64,000 nucleotides of DNA, from positions 2,578,282 through 2,642,281 of the forward strand of contig MU054400.1 in assembly GCA_013239625.1 (NCBI GenBank), read 5' to 3'. The position numbers were made by a program, and so were the translations under genes. This DNA comes from Lama guanicoe (Eukaryota). The notes under the pieces were generated by a model. That model was not told where the DNA came from. It searched no databases and saw only the letters and a list, made by a program, of their open reading frames with translations. How positions within the stretch are numbered: position 1 is the stretch's first letter; every line of letters begins with the position of its first letter. Positions 1 to 12,979 of the stretch are shown here, one piece after another.

Positions 1-56
1 AGATCAGCCTGTGTGTGGCTGCTACCATTGGCTCAATTGCCGAAAAAAATTTAAAA

Positions 57-97
57 ATTTTTTATTAAAGTATAGTTGATTTACAAGTTAGTTTCAG

Positions 98-135
<38 letters not shown>

Positions 136-382
136 TCTTTTCAGATTCTTTTCCATTATATTCCTTTAGGTTTCTTTTCCATTATATGTTATTACAAGAA
201 ATTAAATACAGTTCCCTGTGCTGTACAGTAGATCCTTGTTGTTTATCTAGTTTATACACAGTAATGTGTGCCTCTTAATCCCCAACCCCTCATCTATTCC
301 TCCCCCTCCCCCTTTCCCCTTTGGTAACCCTAGTTTGTTTTCTATGTCCTTGAGTCTGTTTTTGGTTTGTAAATAGAATTTG
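57..382 (-). mobile_element. 5'-truncated L1 3' end (cetartiodactyl-type 3'UTR)
   Basis: T-rich tail then AAGTATAGTTGATTTACAA...TTCCCTGTGCTGTACAGTAG...GTTTGTTTTCTATGTC, the antisense L1 3'UTR shared with copies at 6928, 29385, 43286 and 56220. Confidence 0.9.
101..132. repeat. (CA)16 microsatellite inside the L1 3'UTR
   Basis: Direct read. Confidence 0.98.
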
Positions 383-669
383 AATTACAAATTCTGTTAC
401 AAACCAAAATGTCTCTTAAAGGGAGCAGTTGCATACAAACGTGCTCGTCAGATGGGTGGCATATTTATATCCTCGTAGGTAGCCAACTTCCAGGGGCACT
501 GTCATTGGAAATGACAGAATGGAGAAGCAAGCAACCTCTTCCCTCTGCCCTCCCAAACCTAGGGCACCCTCTAGAAATCAGGTGAGCCTTTCCATGAGGA
601 GAAAGTATTGCAAGTGTGGCAGGATGCACAGCAGCCTTTTTTCTCATGAACCTGTGTGCACATAAAAAT

Positions 670-790
670 AGTCAACGAATATTTACTGGGCTTCTGCTAC
701 ATGCCAGCCACTGCATGCGGGACACAGTATTGAAGGATGCACGGGCCATTCTCTCCTCTTACAAGGAAACACAGCACAGAACAATGGTCT
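670..790 (-). mobile_element. L2 3'-end fragment
   Basis: CAACGAATATTTACTGGGCTTCTGCTACATGCCAGCCACTG resembles the antisense L2 3' terminus. Confidence 0.55.
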
Positions 791-1814
791 GTTTATATAT
801 TAAAATCTAGAGTCAGGTGAAGAGCTTTCAGACACAGAGTGAAAAATAGGTTGTTATTTATGAATTGGGCACCTTTGTCTTGCTGTTTGCTAACAGAGCA
901 TACCTTATGCAAAATTCATTTTCCCACCACAAAACATGTGATCAAAGACCATCAGTCATTTGGTTTCAAGGCAAATGAGCAACTGGCAATTGGCAAGAGC
1001 TTGTATGATTCTGTTTTGGAGAGATCTGTGCTGCCCCGGGAGAGCACTGCTGATAGCTGTACCCGTTACAGGGAACTCCAGCGGACTAGACTTTGAACTT
1101 CTGGTCCTTTTGGGGAAAAGGGAAGGAAAGCAATGCTGTCGCTGTCACTAGGAGGGAGCCTTGTCTAATGGTGAAAACACAGATGTGGGATTTAGCTGTC
1201 ATAAATCCTTCTGCCAATGACCCCAAAGTGGGGCTTACGTCTCCCTCACCCTGCCTCAGTTCCCCCTTCCTGTAAAAGCAGAGAGCAAACCAAGGACTTA
1301 AGAGTCAGAAAACATATATTCCAATCCTGGCTCCACTATGTAGACTTGAGAGAAGTTTGATGTTTGAAAATTCTGTTTCCTTCTAAGTCACTAAGTTCTG
1401 TCTTTCAGAGTTTGCGGTCCTTGAAATCAAGAAATGAAACTTCTCTCTTCAGCCCATTGTAGAATAAGCCCCCAAATCCTGCTTGCTGAATAAGTCAATG
1501 AACCACAGCACTGAAGTTTGGCTTCATCTATTTCAAGTGCCTTGAGCCCATGGAGCGATACCTGTATGGACCTGCCAATAGTCTTTCAAGGCACCACCTG
1601 GGCTCCTTACAGTGATGGGCACGCCAGCAGGGTTTGGTGTTTCCTTCGGAGAATGGACACAGTCATCTCTCATCTATTTCACGTGGATTAGCTTCTCTGA
1701 AAGGCCATTTTCCAACATTGCTTCCTTCATCTTGTGGACGCCACCCTACTCCTGGACCCCACCAGGTGAGTGTCTCCAGGTGTGTTTTTTCTACCAAAGG
1801 ACTGAACCAAATTT

Positions 1815-1895
1815 GAAACTGACTTTGTCACTGGCCATCTCTGTGACTTTGGATGAGTTACCCAATCTCTGAGAATCTCAGTTTTTCCACTTGCT
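1815..1895 (+). mobile_element. MIR fragment
   Basis: CTGTGACTTTGGATGAGTTACCCAATCTCTGAGAATCTCAGTTTTTCC matches the MIR core. Confidence 0.7.
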
Positions 1896-3699
1896 TTGAG
1901 GGGAGGATATTCCTGTGTTGCTTCTCTCTCTCCCATCCCATGGCAGGGCAGTAGTGGAAATCAAATGAGATATTTTTTTGTGTGTGTGTGTGAAGAGAGT
2001 TGGAAAACCCAGAAGTGACTATAGGAACTGAAGTGGAATTCTTATAATTGCCACTTACCAGCATCATCAACAGCTTGGAGGGTTGTGTTTGTCTCCCCAG
2101 CCTTGTCACAGACACTAACCTGAACAATGTAAGGAAATATAAAGAAGCAAAGAATGAAAAATCCTAGAAGTCACGGTCGAGTACCTCACTGTGTCTAGAG
2201 ACTGCTTCCCTGTTCCCTGGTGTTTTACTGACTTACTTGATCCAGGGTGGCAGAGGCCCCTGTGGACTTGCAGGAAGTCTAAAGTGAATAAATGCCATTT
2301 TATATTCACTCATTGGTTTGTTTTTCCATCCCACAAGTACTTATTAAACACCAACTATATAGAAAGATGACTCAAACATGGATCTGCTCTTGCAATTCTT
2401 TCAAAATGGTTAGAGAAATAGGGCTCTTAGCTTAAAACCAATAACACAAAGTAGGAGACGCTAGGCATTACTCTCATGAGAGGGAGCTAGTTCAGTGCTG
2501 TGGCTGCACTGAGTAAGGGGAGAGGATTTATCACCAAGGGGCAGGAAGGCTTATTGGAAGAAACAGTTTCTAACTGAGTCTTGGAGAGCTGGGAGAATCT
2601 GAGCTTAGAGAATGGGGTGAGGGACGGAGGACGTGCAGGCAGAGGGATGAGTTGGGTTAGACAGATACAGTCTCAATGGCGGGCTTCTCCTGTGACTTTG
2701 AAGTTCCCTTGACCCCGAGCATGGGTTATGCTTCTCGTTTGAAGATGACTTTTTTCATCTTTGTGTTTGTTTTCAATTTTTTCCTTTGATCGTCTTTAAG
2801 TTGCTAAAAATAATCAACTGTCTCACCATGTAGTAGATCTGAGCACGGGAGACTCAGGGCCCCTACCGGCAAAACCTTGGCTCCATATTATGTGAGAAAT
2901 TCATCAGAACTTCTCCTTCTGGAATGTGAGGTTCACTTCAAAGCCCTCTTCTGTTGACCAGACCCTGGGAGGTACCATGCTCAGTCATCACTTCTCAGTT
3001 GTTGGGCTCCCCTCTACCTTGCTGTGAGATCAAAGGAAAAGGCGGTTCCATCCAGTGGGGTTCATTGCTTATCGCTAGCTGATGTGAGCAGAAATTAATT
3101 TAAGGAGTTCAAGAAATTGTCAGTCCAGAGTATAGGAAGAATCCTCAGCTTGTCTGAGGCATCAGAACCAGGCATAAAACCCAGCATAGTCCACCATAGC
3201 TTTCCAGACGATCAAACTTTGATGTAATGTGAATGCTTGAGAGACTCTCATTTACATGATTCATTGCACTGGAAGCCAGGACCAGCCCCTTGAGTTTGAT
3301 GTGCACACACAGTATAACCCTTCCCTCCAATCACATTCAAGCAGCAAAATATGTAGAACAGGAATTCCTTGAGTTTTACCCGAATTTGTTGGTTTATAAA
3401 GTTGGGCTACCTAAGGCTACAAGATGACGACGATCTTTAGATTTGGGGATTTTTGTGAATTGGGAAATGAAAAAGATTAGGTTCGACATAGAGTTGTTTA
3501 CTTTTTATTTTGCCAAATTCAGGACATTCGACTCAAAGGACCTTAAAGGCCGAAAAAAAAAAACAAAACAAGATTGTCATCTTTTTAAAAAGAAAAGGAA
3601 GTTTTACGCCAGATACTGGGAAGGCCGTCATCCCAGAGTAAAGAATGGCCCTTGTCTGGGGAGCTCGGTTGGTAGTCTTCCACCTGCGCTTCTGCTCTA

Positions 3700-4600
3700 A
3701 AATGTTTTAAATAGTTGCGTGGCGAGTCCGGGCCGTGGGACTGGCCTTGGGGACCCCGTGCGTGTGTTAGACGAGGACGGACTTGGCTGGTCTGTTTGGG
3801 AATAGACGGAGGGCCTCCTCGGGGGCGCGGATGGCTTCCTGTGCCATCGCATCCGTCCCCGCCACGTGCATTTGGTGCTGGCATCATATTTCCTGGCATT
3901 TGGTGAGGGGATGATGTGTCCAATTCTCTTTCATTCTGACTCATTGGTGGGAAGGGAAATTTAATTCTCTGGAACCCTTATTTGTATTAGTGTTAAATCA
4001 TCTGTCTGCTGTTTAATGATTTATGCACGCAGTGCAAAGAGGTCCCAGAATTGCTTTTCCGATCGTTCCACTCCCCACCCCTCCCTCATTCCACTCCAGG
4101 CTGGAGAAATAATTCAGTTTTGTACCTTAGGGAGTCCGCCCGAGATGCTCTTCCTTCGCTTACGCGTCCCCGATATGCTCTATCGGCGCTGGGCTTTCAG
4201 ATGAGTAGAGCTCAGGGGGGTCTTACGTGGTACTTTGTGCTATTAACGCGCTGAACCGCTTTGCCGCCTTAACGCCGCAATCGGTCTCCTCCCAAACCCA
4301 ACGTGCCCATTTTGGACTGTAAATGGTGATCTTCTGATTTATTCTCCTCGAGCTCATATGCTTAATGTGGATGGGGCTTTGGTGCTCGTTAACACAGAGA
4401 CTTTTATTGCGAGGGATGCTCTGTCTACTGTGCGGAGGGAACCTCACACATTGCACCTCTCTCCACTGGCCATCTATAATTCAGCGCGGTGCTCCCATTC
4501 ACGTCATGCTTCAGCCTTTGCAGTGCCTATGAGTAATTGACAGCGTCCACTCGTGGCAGTAAATCAGACAGGCCCCGCCCGGAAAGTTACGGTCAGCTCC
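3700..4600. promoter_or_regulatory. CpG-enriched non-repeat region, candidate orphan CpG island/enhancer
   Basis: 15 CpG counted in 3721-3870 and continued CpG retention to ~4600; GC box GGCCCCGCCC overlapping CCGGAA at 4571-4584. Confidence 0.45.
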
Positions 4601-5289
4601 ACTGTCTACCAAGGAGGAAGGCTGAAAACCAGTGACTGCCATTAACTGGGAGTTTTCAGATCATAAAGTCAGAGAAAGTACATTTGTTGGCCTTTATTAT
4701 TAATACATTTTGAGTGGCTCTTTAAAATAGATATCTCTGATTGGATAAGGAGTTATGAAAAAAAAATGGTTCCCTGGTATATATACCTTAATAATTATTG
4801 CAGTTCATTTCAAAGGAATGGCTTACTTTGACAAAGTGAGTGACCTTGAGTTGTAATGTATGTAATAGGCTAGATGATATAGGAGGCTTGAGGGTGTGTG
4901 ATGTGGTACGTATGCCACGGAGCCAGAGAAATGAGGATTTATTTTCCTGAAATGCAAATCCAGAACAGGGCGGCTCAGGATACAGCACTCAGAGTTGCAC
5001 TGTGCGAAGTACAACAGCGGGTCTGGAACGCTCTTATAAAGAGTACGTTGCCTGGGGATAGTTCTGTGTGAGACATGCCTTAGATTTCCATTGTTGATCA
5101 CGGGTAACCCACATTAGCTCAAAACCGGGCATCGTCTCGCGGTGATAATTCTTCCTGATGTTAGGGGAGAAATTCAGAGGAAAATGCTTACAGCGCCTCT
5201 GAGGAAAAAACACGCTTTGGTGCTTGAAAACTCCAGTATTGTGAAATACAGATCTTTATGAGGCAGGGTTGGATGGGATTAAAATGCAT

Positions 5290-5485
5290 GAACTCTAGAG
5301 GCAGGTCGACCTCTGGATTTTATTTTCCGGCACTGCCATTCATGCACCAGTTACGTGACAAGTTACTCTCTCAGAACATTGTTTACTTGTCTCTAAAATG
5401 GGGAGGATATTCTTGCCTCCTAAGGAATTTTGAAGAGTAGAAGATTTGATACACACAAAAACACCTGGATAAGTGCTAAATAATT
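5290..5485 (+). mobile_element. MIR
   Basis: GACAAGTTACTCTCTCAG...TGTCTCTAAAATGGGGAGGATA...AAGTGCTAAATAA resembles MIR core and 3' part. Confidence 0.6.
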
Positions 5486-6066
5486 TTAATTTTTCCTCTC
5501 CTGCACTTCGGGAGAGCAAGTGAAGTCATCAGCCAGCTTTTAGGTCTCTAGACTCAGATATCTCTTGGCATCCTTGGAGAGCAGTGTGTTGATCACAGGT
5601 TAAAGATAGAATCTCGTACTCTGTACCAAGAATGAATGCTGGGCAATATAATTAGCACCATGGCTAATAAGGCTATCTGTTTTATACCAACCTGAAGTGA
5701 AATGATTTGTATCTGAGTACAAATAAAATAATTTCCACCAGTAAATTTGATATTTCATAGCTTGCTTTTCAGGTCAGAGGGTTTTTTTTGTTTGTTTGTT
5801 TGCTTTGTTTTTTTGTATTGATGTATAAAATTCAGGCAGGGAACCCTCCTTGAGTTAATACTGCCTGTCTTTTGCAATAAAAACATAAATACAAATCTTC
5901 ACTTGGGAGTGCATAAATGGGAATTCAGGTGTGTAGTGTTCATCTGCAATAGGGGACTATGGCTTTCTGAGCACTTTTTACGAGGTAAGAGCAGGAAGCT
6001 TTGGCTCCGTTGTTATAAACTTTTGCTTCAGTCAGATTTTACCCTTCACTCTCTGCTCTAAGAAAC

Positions 6067-6432
6067 TGCTATGGTCTGAATGTTTGTTTTCTCTGAAGTT
6101 CATGTGTTGAGATCCTAACTGCCAAAGGTGATGGTATTTGGAGGTGGGTTTGGAAGGTGATTAGGTCATGATGGTGGCGCCCTCATGGATAGAATTAGTG
6201 CCCTTATAAACGAGGCTCCAAAGGGCTCCGTTGTCCCTTCCACCATGTGCAGTGATGACACAGTGAGAAGCCAGGAGTCTGCAACCCAGGAGAGGGCTCT
6301 CACCAGAACCTGACCATACTGGCACCTTCATCTTGGACTTCCAGCCTCCAGAATGGTGAGAAATTAGTTTTTGTTGTTTCCAAGCCACCAGTCTGTGGTA
6401 TTTCATCATAGCAGCCTGAGCAGATTTAGACA
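6067..6432 (+). mobile_element. Complete MaLR solo LTR (MLT1A/MLT1A0-like)
   Basis: TG...CA termini, TGCTATGGTCTGAATGTTTG start, CTTGGACTTCCAGCCTCCAGAA motif, perfect 5-bp TSD GAAAC at 6062-6066 and 6433-6437. Confidence 0.93.
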
Positions 6433-6927
6433 GAAACCATTCAAACTGGGTTTTCTCCCTTTCTTTTTTATCCCATTTATAATATTACTGGTAGATATGA
6501 GCAATGCAGAACAACACAAAACAATCACCTGGCAGAATCCTGACAAAAGACTTACATCTTGGTCAATACATAGAAAGCTACAAAAAGGTGAGATGGAGAA
6601 AATTTGCTTGGTTAGAAATTAGAAACAATCTACCCAAAATAAACAAGGCAGTGGCTAAAATTGCACCTGGTAATTTTTTTGATTGAAATTTAGGACGGAG
6701 AAATCAAATATTTGTGAATAAAATTTAGATCTGAAAAGCCTGGGCTTAGAAAAATAGGGTTTGGCAAAAATATTGGTCTCAGAAAGATAAGACAAAACAC
6801 CACCACCTGGCTGTGGCAAATGCTAGTTTTGTAAAATTTCATATGGTCATAAAACTAATCAAGGAACTAAATGTATGCCATTAATTTTACAAAGAAAAGA
6901 ATTACTCCTAATGAAAACAAGTTTATT

Positions 6928-7207
6928 TATTTACTAAAATTGAAGTATAGTTGATTTACAATATTGTGTTAGTTTCAGGTGTACAGCATAGTGATTCATT
7001 TTTTTTTGACAGATTATATCCCATTATAGGTTATTGCAAGATATTGGGTATAATTCCCTGTGCTACACAGTGAATCCTTGTTGTTGATCTATTTTATGTG
7101 TAGTCACTTTTGTCTGTTAATCTCAAACTCATAATTTGTCCCACCTCAGTCCTCTCTCCCCTTTGGGAACTGTAAGTTTGTTTTCTATGTCTGTGAGTTG
7201 GTATCTG
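6928..7207 (-). mobile_element. 5'-truncated L1 3' end with TSD
   Basis: L1 3'UTR sequence; perfect 15-bp TSD GAAAACAAGTTTATT at 6913-6927 and 7208-7222. Confidence 0.95.
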
Positions 7208-7399
7208 GAAAACAAGTTTATTAAAATAGAAATGAAAATGGAAAAAAAATGGATATCATTTAACTCATTAAGGAATTAAATTGACTCAGTGGAGTCTACT
7301 CCTGAAACTATCTCTTTATGAAAACGTATGAATGTTGGTGTGATTCGGGCCTCCCTGCTGTGGGGCAGGCCCCAGTGGTGTCTGGCATCTGCCCCAGGC

Positions 7400-7790
7400 C
7401 CCAGTCCTGGCCGTGGCCTTGGCCCCCTGTGCCCTCACCTCCTCCACGCAGCTCCAGCACCCTGGGTTCCAGCCACACTGGCCTCCTTGCTCCTCCCACA
7501 AGCCAAGCACGTGCCCTGCCGGCCCTGGGCTTTGCCATTCCCTCCACGAGAATAATGCTTTTCCCACAGATATCACCCATCACTTCATGGTGGCCTCAAC
7601 TCACAGGTCACTCACTCACTCTCCACCTCCTTACCCTGCTTTCTGTTTTCTCATAGTGACTATTATTTCCTGACATTATTATATCTATTTATTTGTCTAC
7701 TTCGTTGACCAGAGGTTCACTGCTTTGCCTGCAGTGTTTCAAAGAGAGCTAGGCACGCAGAGGCTCACCAAATGTTGGTTTGAACAAATC
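7400..7790 (+). mobile_element. L2 (L2a-like) 3' region
   Basis: CCAGCCACACTGGCCTCCTTGCT...CTAGGCACGCAGAGGCTCACCAAATGTTGGTTTGAA typical of the L2 3' end. Confidence 0.75.
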
Positions 7791-7934
7791 CTGCATTAAA
7801 ACGTTTGCAGGGTCAGGATGTCCAGTGATTAAAAAACTGTAGGAGAAAAGCAACAGGATCCAAATATCCTGCATCACCAGAACCCAGGCTCCGTGTGTGT
7901 GGACGACATCAGTGCTGGTCCTGACAGTTTTGAT

Positions 7935-8290
7935 TTTCTTCCTTCCGGTCACATGGTGGGACTGCACATCTGTCCCCTCTCTCTTGAAAACAGATGTGGC
8001 CAGAGACCTGGGCTTGGCTAGTGAAATGTGGGGAGAAGGGCCATCTGCCATTTCCAGCTGGAAGATGCTCAGAGCCCGCGTGTGATTTTACAGCTCCCTT
8101 CCCCCTGTGGGGGTGAGCAGTGAGGCTCCAGGTGACCTCGGCGTGGTCATCTTGGTCCTTGAGTGAGGAGGGCACGTCTGGAGCTCTCCCCTCCGGCCCG
8201 GGCTGGATGTGGAGCACGAGAAAGGACTCCACCTTCATGGTTTCAGGTCACTGAGCTTTTAGAGTTGTTTGTTCTATTGACTAATATAAC
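7935..8290 (+). mobile_element. Old MaLR LTR (MLT1I/J-like)
   Basis: ATGTGGCCAGAGACCTGGGCTTGGCTAGTGAAATGTGGGGAGAAG resembles the MLT1I/J core. Confidence 0.55.
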
Positions 8291-8299
8291 AAGGTACAC

Positions 8300-8475
8300 A
8301 TTTTACCTCATTTAATTTGTACATTGTCCATAGGAGGCAGTCACTCTCCCTACCTACCACTGGGGACAGTGATCTTACAGAGATTAAATTTGCCAAAAAT
8401 CCCACAGCTACTAAGAGGCAGAGCTGAAATTCAGATCCAATTCTGGCTGATTCCGTGGCTTGAGCTCTTAAACAT
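8300..8475 (-). mobile_element. MIR
   Basis: AGAGATTAAATTTGCCAAAAATCCCACAGCTACTAAGAGGCAGAGCTGAAATTCAGATCC. Confidence 0.75.
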
Positions 8476-10295
8476 AAGCTTGTTCGACTTCTCAGTATAT
8501 GACTGCACACATATGTGATGGTCCGTATGGGTGAAAACACGCTCATCAGAGCTTCTATAGCCTCATTCAGAACAGAGAACCACCGAAATCCTTTCAAAAT
8601 CCAGTGGCATGTCATCAACCTAGAGAGAAGCTGATGAGAACTGTTAAGTCTCGTGTTTTCTCGGACAGCAATATACAGTGAATTAAATATTAAAACCCAC
8701 TCGAAGGTAATTTGGGTTTGATGACTTTGAAAGGGGACTGGAAATAGTTCCTACTTGGGTACAATTATATTTATCCCACCTGTCTCCATTTAGGCATTTC
8801 AAAAGCCCCAGTGGCTTTGCATAAAAACAAAATTGACAAACCAAAAAAAAAAAAAAGCCTGAAGAACCTATTTTAGGAGGCCTAGCATATTCTTTCCCTC
8901 TGTGTGGATTCAGAAGCCAGACTCTGAAGGTCATGGGAGAACATGGACCAGGGCAGCAGGAGCACACCTCAGGTGCACGTGGCTCCAGGCTACAGAGTGA
9001 TGAGCCCACCTGCAAGCTAACATACAGCACAGAGCTGGGGTGGGCAGCAATGCTCCTATTTCTAAGATTCCATGACTGACAACCCCATCCTCTTCTCATT
9101 GGAGGAGTTGGGTCCTGTTGTCATCGTTGGTTTAGACTTTGACAGTGGTTTTCTATATTTCGATTTAGACCAATTATGATTTGAATTCGATTTCCAGGTT
9201 AGGGAAGGGGAGGGCGCCTTATTCTTTATGTGTAAGACTATATCTAGCAAGCAGGTAAGCATTTCTTCACAAATGAAGAAAACTACTTTTACAAATTTAG
9301 GATGATAGAGTCATTTCATTTGCAGAAAAAAAATGCTATAATGGATTTATTTCAAGATATCAGCCATAGTGCATGTATGAATATAAATACACACCTACAC
9401 ACTATGTATACATATATTATGTGTATATATAAAATGAGGTCTAATTAAGAAGAATTGCTGAGCCCCTTCTTGTGGGACCATGTGCTTTGCTCATGACTGT
9501 GAACAAGTTGACGTGTAGATGAGTTTTTATTTTACTCATGTCTCAGAGCGAAAAAAAGGATAAGGGACAGGCAGAGTCCCCCAGATAGGTTAGAATGTGG
9601 TCCTTTAAAGACTAGTCTCTCACAATGTAGTGAATCTCACATTCAGTATCACAGGGACTCCTACAAAATGCGAGGTGGAACCTGCAAGACACAGGTTCAT
9701 CTTTCAGCTGCAGGCTTCTACCTTTTCATTGAAATTAAAGAGGCCTGTTAGGAAGAGGTTTGGATAGCACATTTCTGGACTCATGAAGGGCCTTCTGGAC
9801 TAATCATCCTAAAAAAGATGTAAGAATATCTGGGGTTTCAGAGAACTCTGTCGGATTCTATGAGCATCAAAGAAAACACTGGGATCCTTCTGTTAACAAA
9901 TCTCATTGTAAGGAAAGCTAGATAAAGGAAGCCATGAAGACAAAAGAAATTGTGGGCACTAATGAAAAGCCAGGAGAAGAGAAAATCAATAATCCCTTGT
10001 GTGTGGCTCTGAACATCTTTCTCTGTGGTCAGGAAATAGGTGTGTGTGTATGTGTGTGAATCCACACACTTGTGCTCCAAGAGGGGGCTGGAGTAGAGAT
10101 AACGGCAGAGAGATGGATGAAGTTCTTGCCAAATTGTGTGTGAATTAAAGAGTCCCATTAGAAAGACTAAAAGATGTGCCCTGGGAATGGGACGTAGTGG
10201 CTTTGCTTTGAAGGCACAAAGGGGCTGAGGCTGGGAAGGTGTAACAGTCCTGAAGCCTTGAGGTGACTGGAGAACTTGAATGGCCCAATGGCAAG

Positions 10296-10719
10296 TTTGT
10301 GGATTGAATGGTGTCCCCTTAAAAGACATTTCAAATCTTAACCCCTGGTACCTGTGAATGTGACCTTATTTAGAATCAGGGTCTTTGCAGTTGTAATCAA
10401 GTTCAGATGAGATTGCATTGGATTAGTATGGCTCTAATTCAGGGACTCATATCCTTACACAAAAGAGGGAAGAGGACCATGTGATGACAAAGGCAGAGAT
10501 TGGAATGATGCCGCTATAAGCTGAGAATGTCAGGGATTTCCAGCAACCACCAGAAGCTAGGAAGAGGCCTGGAAGGGTTCTTCCCTGGAAGTTTCAGTGG
10601 GAATATGGCCCTGCCTACCTCCTGGATTTCAGACTTCTAGCCTCCAGACTGTGAGACAATAAATTTCTACTGCAGAAGCCACTCGATTTGTAGTTTTGGT
10701 ATGGCAGGAAAATAGGACA
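10296..10719 (+). mobile_element. MaLR solo LTR (MLT1C-like)
   Basis: CCTGGTACCTGTGAATGTGACCTTATTTAGAATCAGGGTCTTTGCAG, AGACTTCTAGCCTCCAGACTGTGAGACAATAAATTTCT; probable TSD GCAAG/GTAAG. Confidence 0.9.
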
Positions 10720-10993
10720 GTAAGCCAAGAGCCATCAACTTTAGCATCAGGGCAGAGGGAGAAGGTGAGCAGAACTTGGAATACAGGTGGGCAGTGACGA
10801 CTCAGAGGTACTGGGAGCTGAGGGAGTCTGTTGATTGACACCAGGTACACACTGAAAAGGGGTGGTTGACTGGTTCTCTCCGATTTCTCACTTAGTAGGA
10901 CTAGGGGAGAACTTTTTGGCTGGAGGCAGGAGCCGTTACCACTCAGGTGTTCAGGTGGGGCCAGATTTGTCAACCCCCACCTCTGTTACTCTT

Positions 10994-11537
10994 TGAGACA
11001 GATTGCATTTTCCAAAGGTGGCCACAACTATAGCTCCCATCCCTCTTGCTCTTTGGAACGCTGCTACTTGAGCATCACACAGTGAGGTCTAATTCCCCTC
11101 CCACTGAATCTAGGCAAGCTTATGACTCCCTTGTAGCCAACAGAGTGTGGTGAAAGCAATGTGGCAGGAGTTCAAGGTTGGATAATGGAAAGCAATGCAG
11201 CTTGCATATTCTGCCAGAGCAACAGACTTGTTCTAGAGCCCGGAACTACCTTTTAAGGGGTCCAGCTGTCTTGTTGCTGCCATGTTGTGAGGAAGCTCAA
11301 GCTAGCCCATGTGGAGAGACCACACAGAGAAGCCCCAGACTACATGAAGAGAGAGAGATGCTGGGCCGTTTTCCACACTCTTTCAGCTCCAGCCATCATC
11401 TGAGCCTGAGCCAAATCCTCTGACCAAGTTCTTCCTGAAATCCCGACATGCACAGACTGTGGATAATAATAAAATAATTATTGTTTTAAGCCGCTAAGTT
11501 TTAGAGTGCCTTATGATAAAACAGCAGTAACTGGAAC
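10994..11537 (+). mobile_element. MaLR LTR (MLT1H/G-like)
   Basis: TTTTCCAAAGGTGGCCACAAC start, GCCATGTTGTGAGGAAGCTCAAGCTAGCCCATGTGGAGAGACCAC, TTGTTTTAAGCCGCTAAGTTTT end. Confidence 0.85.
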
Positions 11538-12031
11538 CTCTTCAAACCACTGACAAAGGGCCACTGCCCCCACGAGTTGGAGCAACTCCTGGAGCTGTTA
11601 CTCTTTCTCTTGAAACTCTCTTTCCCCACATGGCCATTAGTCTTCCAGTTCTCATCATTTCCCTCCACTCTGAGCTCAGTTTTGCTGGTGCCCGTCTTCA
11701 TTTTCTTTAGTTTCTCTGGGGAGCCTCATACTTTCCAGCCCTTCATTACACAGCATTCATTGTGTCCCACTCTTTACATTGGATCCTACAGACCACATCT
11801 ATCTCAACTTTGTCCATGAAAAAAGGACTTCCAGGGACCAGATCTCACCCTTCTCAGTTGGGAGGGTTTCAACTCCTCTGAGGCTGATAAGGTTTTTAGT
11901 ATAACAAGAAAACATTATTTTAGTTAATCATGAACTCTTAAAGGATAAACACATCTGTCTCACCCACTGAGGGCTGTGCCTCATTCATCTTTGCACCTGC
12001 AGCTAAGTTCACTGCTTGACAGAAAAAAGAC

Positions 12032-12060
12032 ATGGATGGATGGATGGATGGATGGATGGA
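12032..12060. repeat. (ATGG)7 microsatellite
   Basis: Direct read; lies next to an L2-like 3' end. Confidence 0.95.
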
Positions 12061-12979
12061 GAGAAATGCTTGGAAAATATGAAGTGGAATTTACAAAACT
12101 GTGGCATATATGCTATCATTTTCAAATTCTGTGCCCATGGAAGGCATGGCTAACAGATCCTAGCACTCTTTCTGGGGACTGGAGAGATTGCCTCACACTG
12201 TTTAAACTACCTAGAAACTAGCAATCAATCATATGTTGTACTCAAGGGGGTTAAAAGCATAAAGACTCTTCCTGCAACTTCATTTTATTAAAAATAGTGT
12301 TAAAATGGAAGTCAAAATTCTGTGTACAGCTGCTTGAAGAAAGTCAGAAATAACTTTCTTCAAAGTTTTACTCAAAGTTCATTAAACCCATACACACATT
12401 TCTGTGTTTTTCGTGTGTGTAGCATTTGTGTGAAGAAAAAAATACCTTGATGCCTTACGGCCTTTGCAGTTGACTGCAGTGTGGGGAAGTCTTTAAATGA
12501 AGAATCCATCTCAAAAGGGGAGCAAACAATGAAGCAAAGTGCGGATTCTGCAAGTCAATATGGTCAATACCGTTGGCTTTGTTTACAACCAGTCACTTAC
12601 CAGGGTGACAGAAGCAGTGGCGAGGGGAAATTACCCACCCGCACATATAACTGCGCTAATTGCTAGAATCAGTTTATAGGCCATAAAAAAATCAATCTAA
12701 GGGAAGCGTAAAGAGATAAATACGCGAGTAGACCTTCGTTATTATTATTTGAGCTCCTTACTTTTTATTAGCAGGATGATATTTCTGACAAATCATTCCA
12801 TCAGTCTTCGCTTTTGTGCCCTCCTTTTATTGAAAGTGAGTTTTTTTTCTTTTCTCTACTTTCTGTGTTTTGATTTTCATAGCACCGTGCCTGGATTCAA
12901 TGGAAAGAGAGGGATATTACAAGGGGGAGGAAAAGAACCATTTGTTGTGCGCGGACCAGTATCAGGGAGGGTGTCAAGC

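Noticed and set aside
1613..1765. Possible coding exon (TACAG acceptor, CAG/GTGAGT donor, 153 nt, one frame open throughout)
   Set aside because: Weak polypyrimidine tract, peptide not recognised, and no partner exons found
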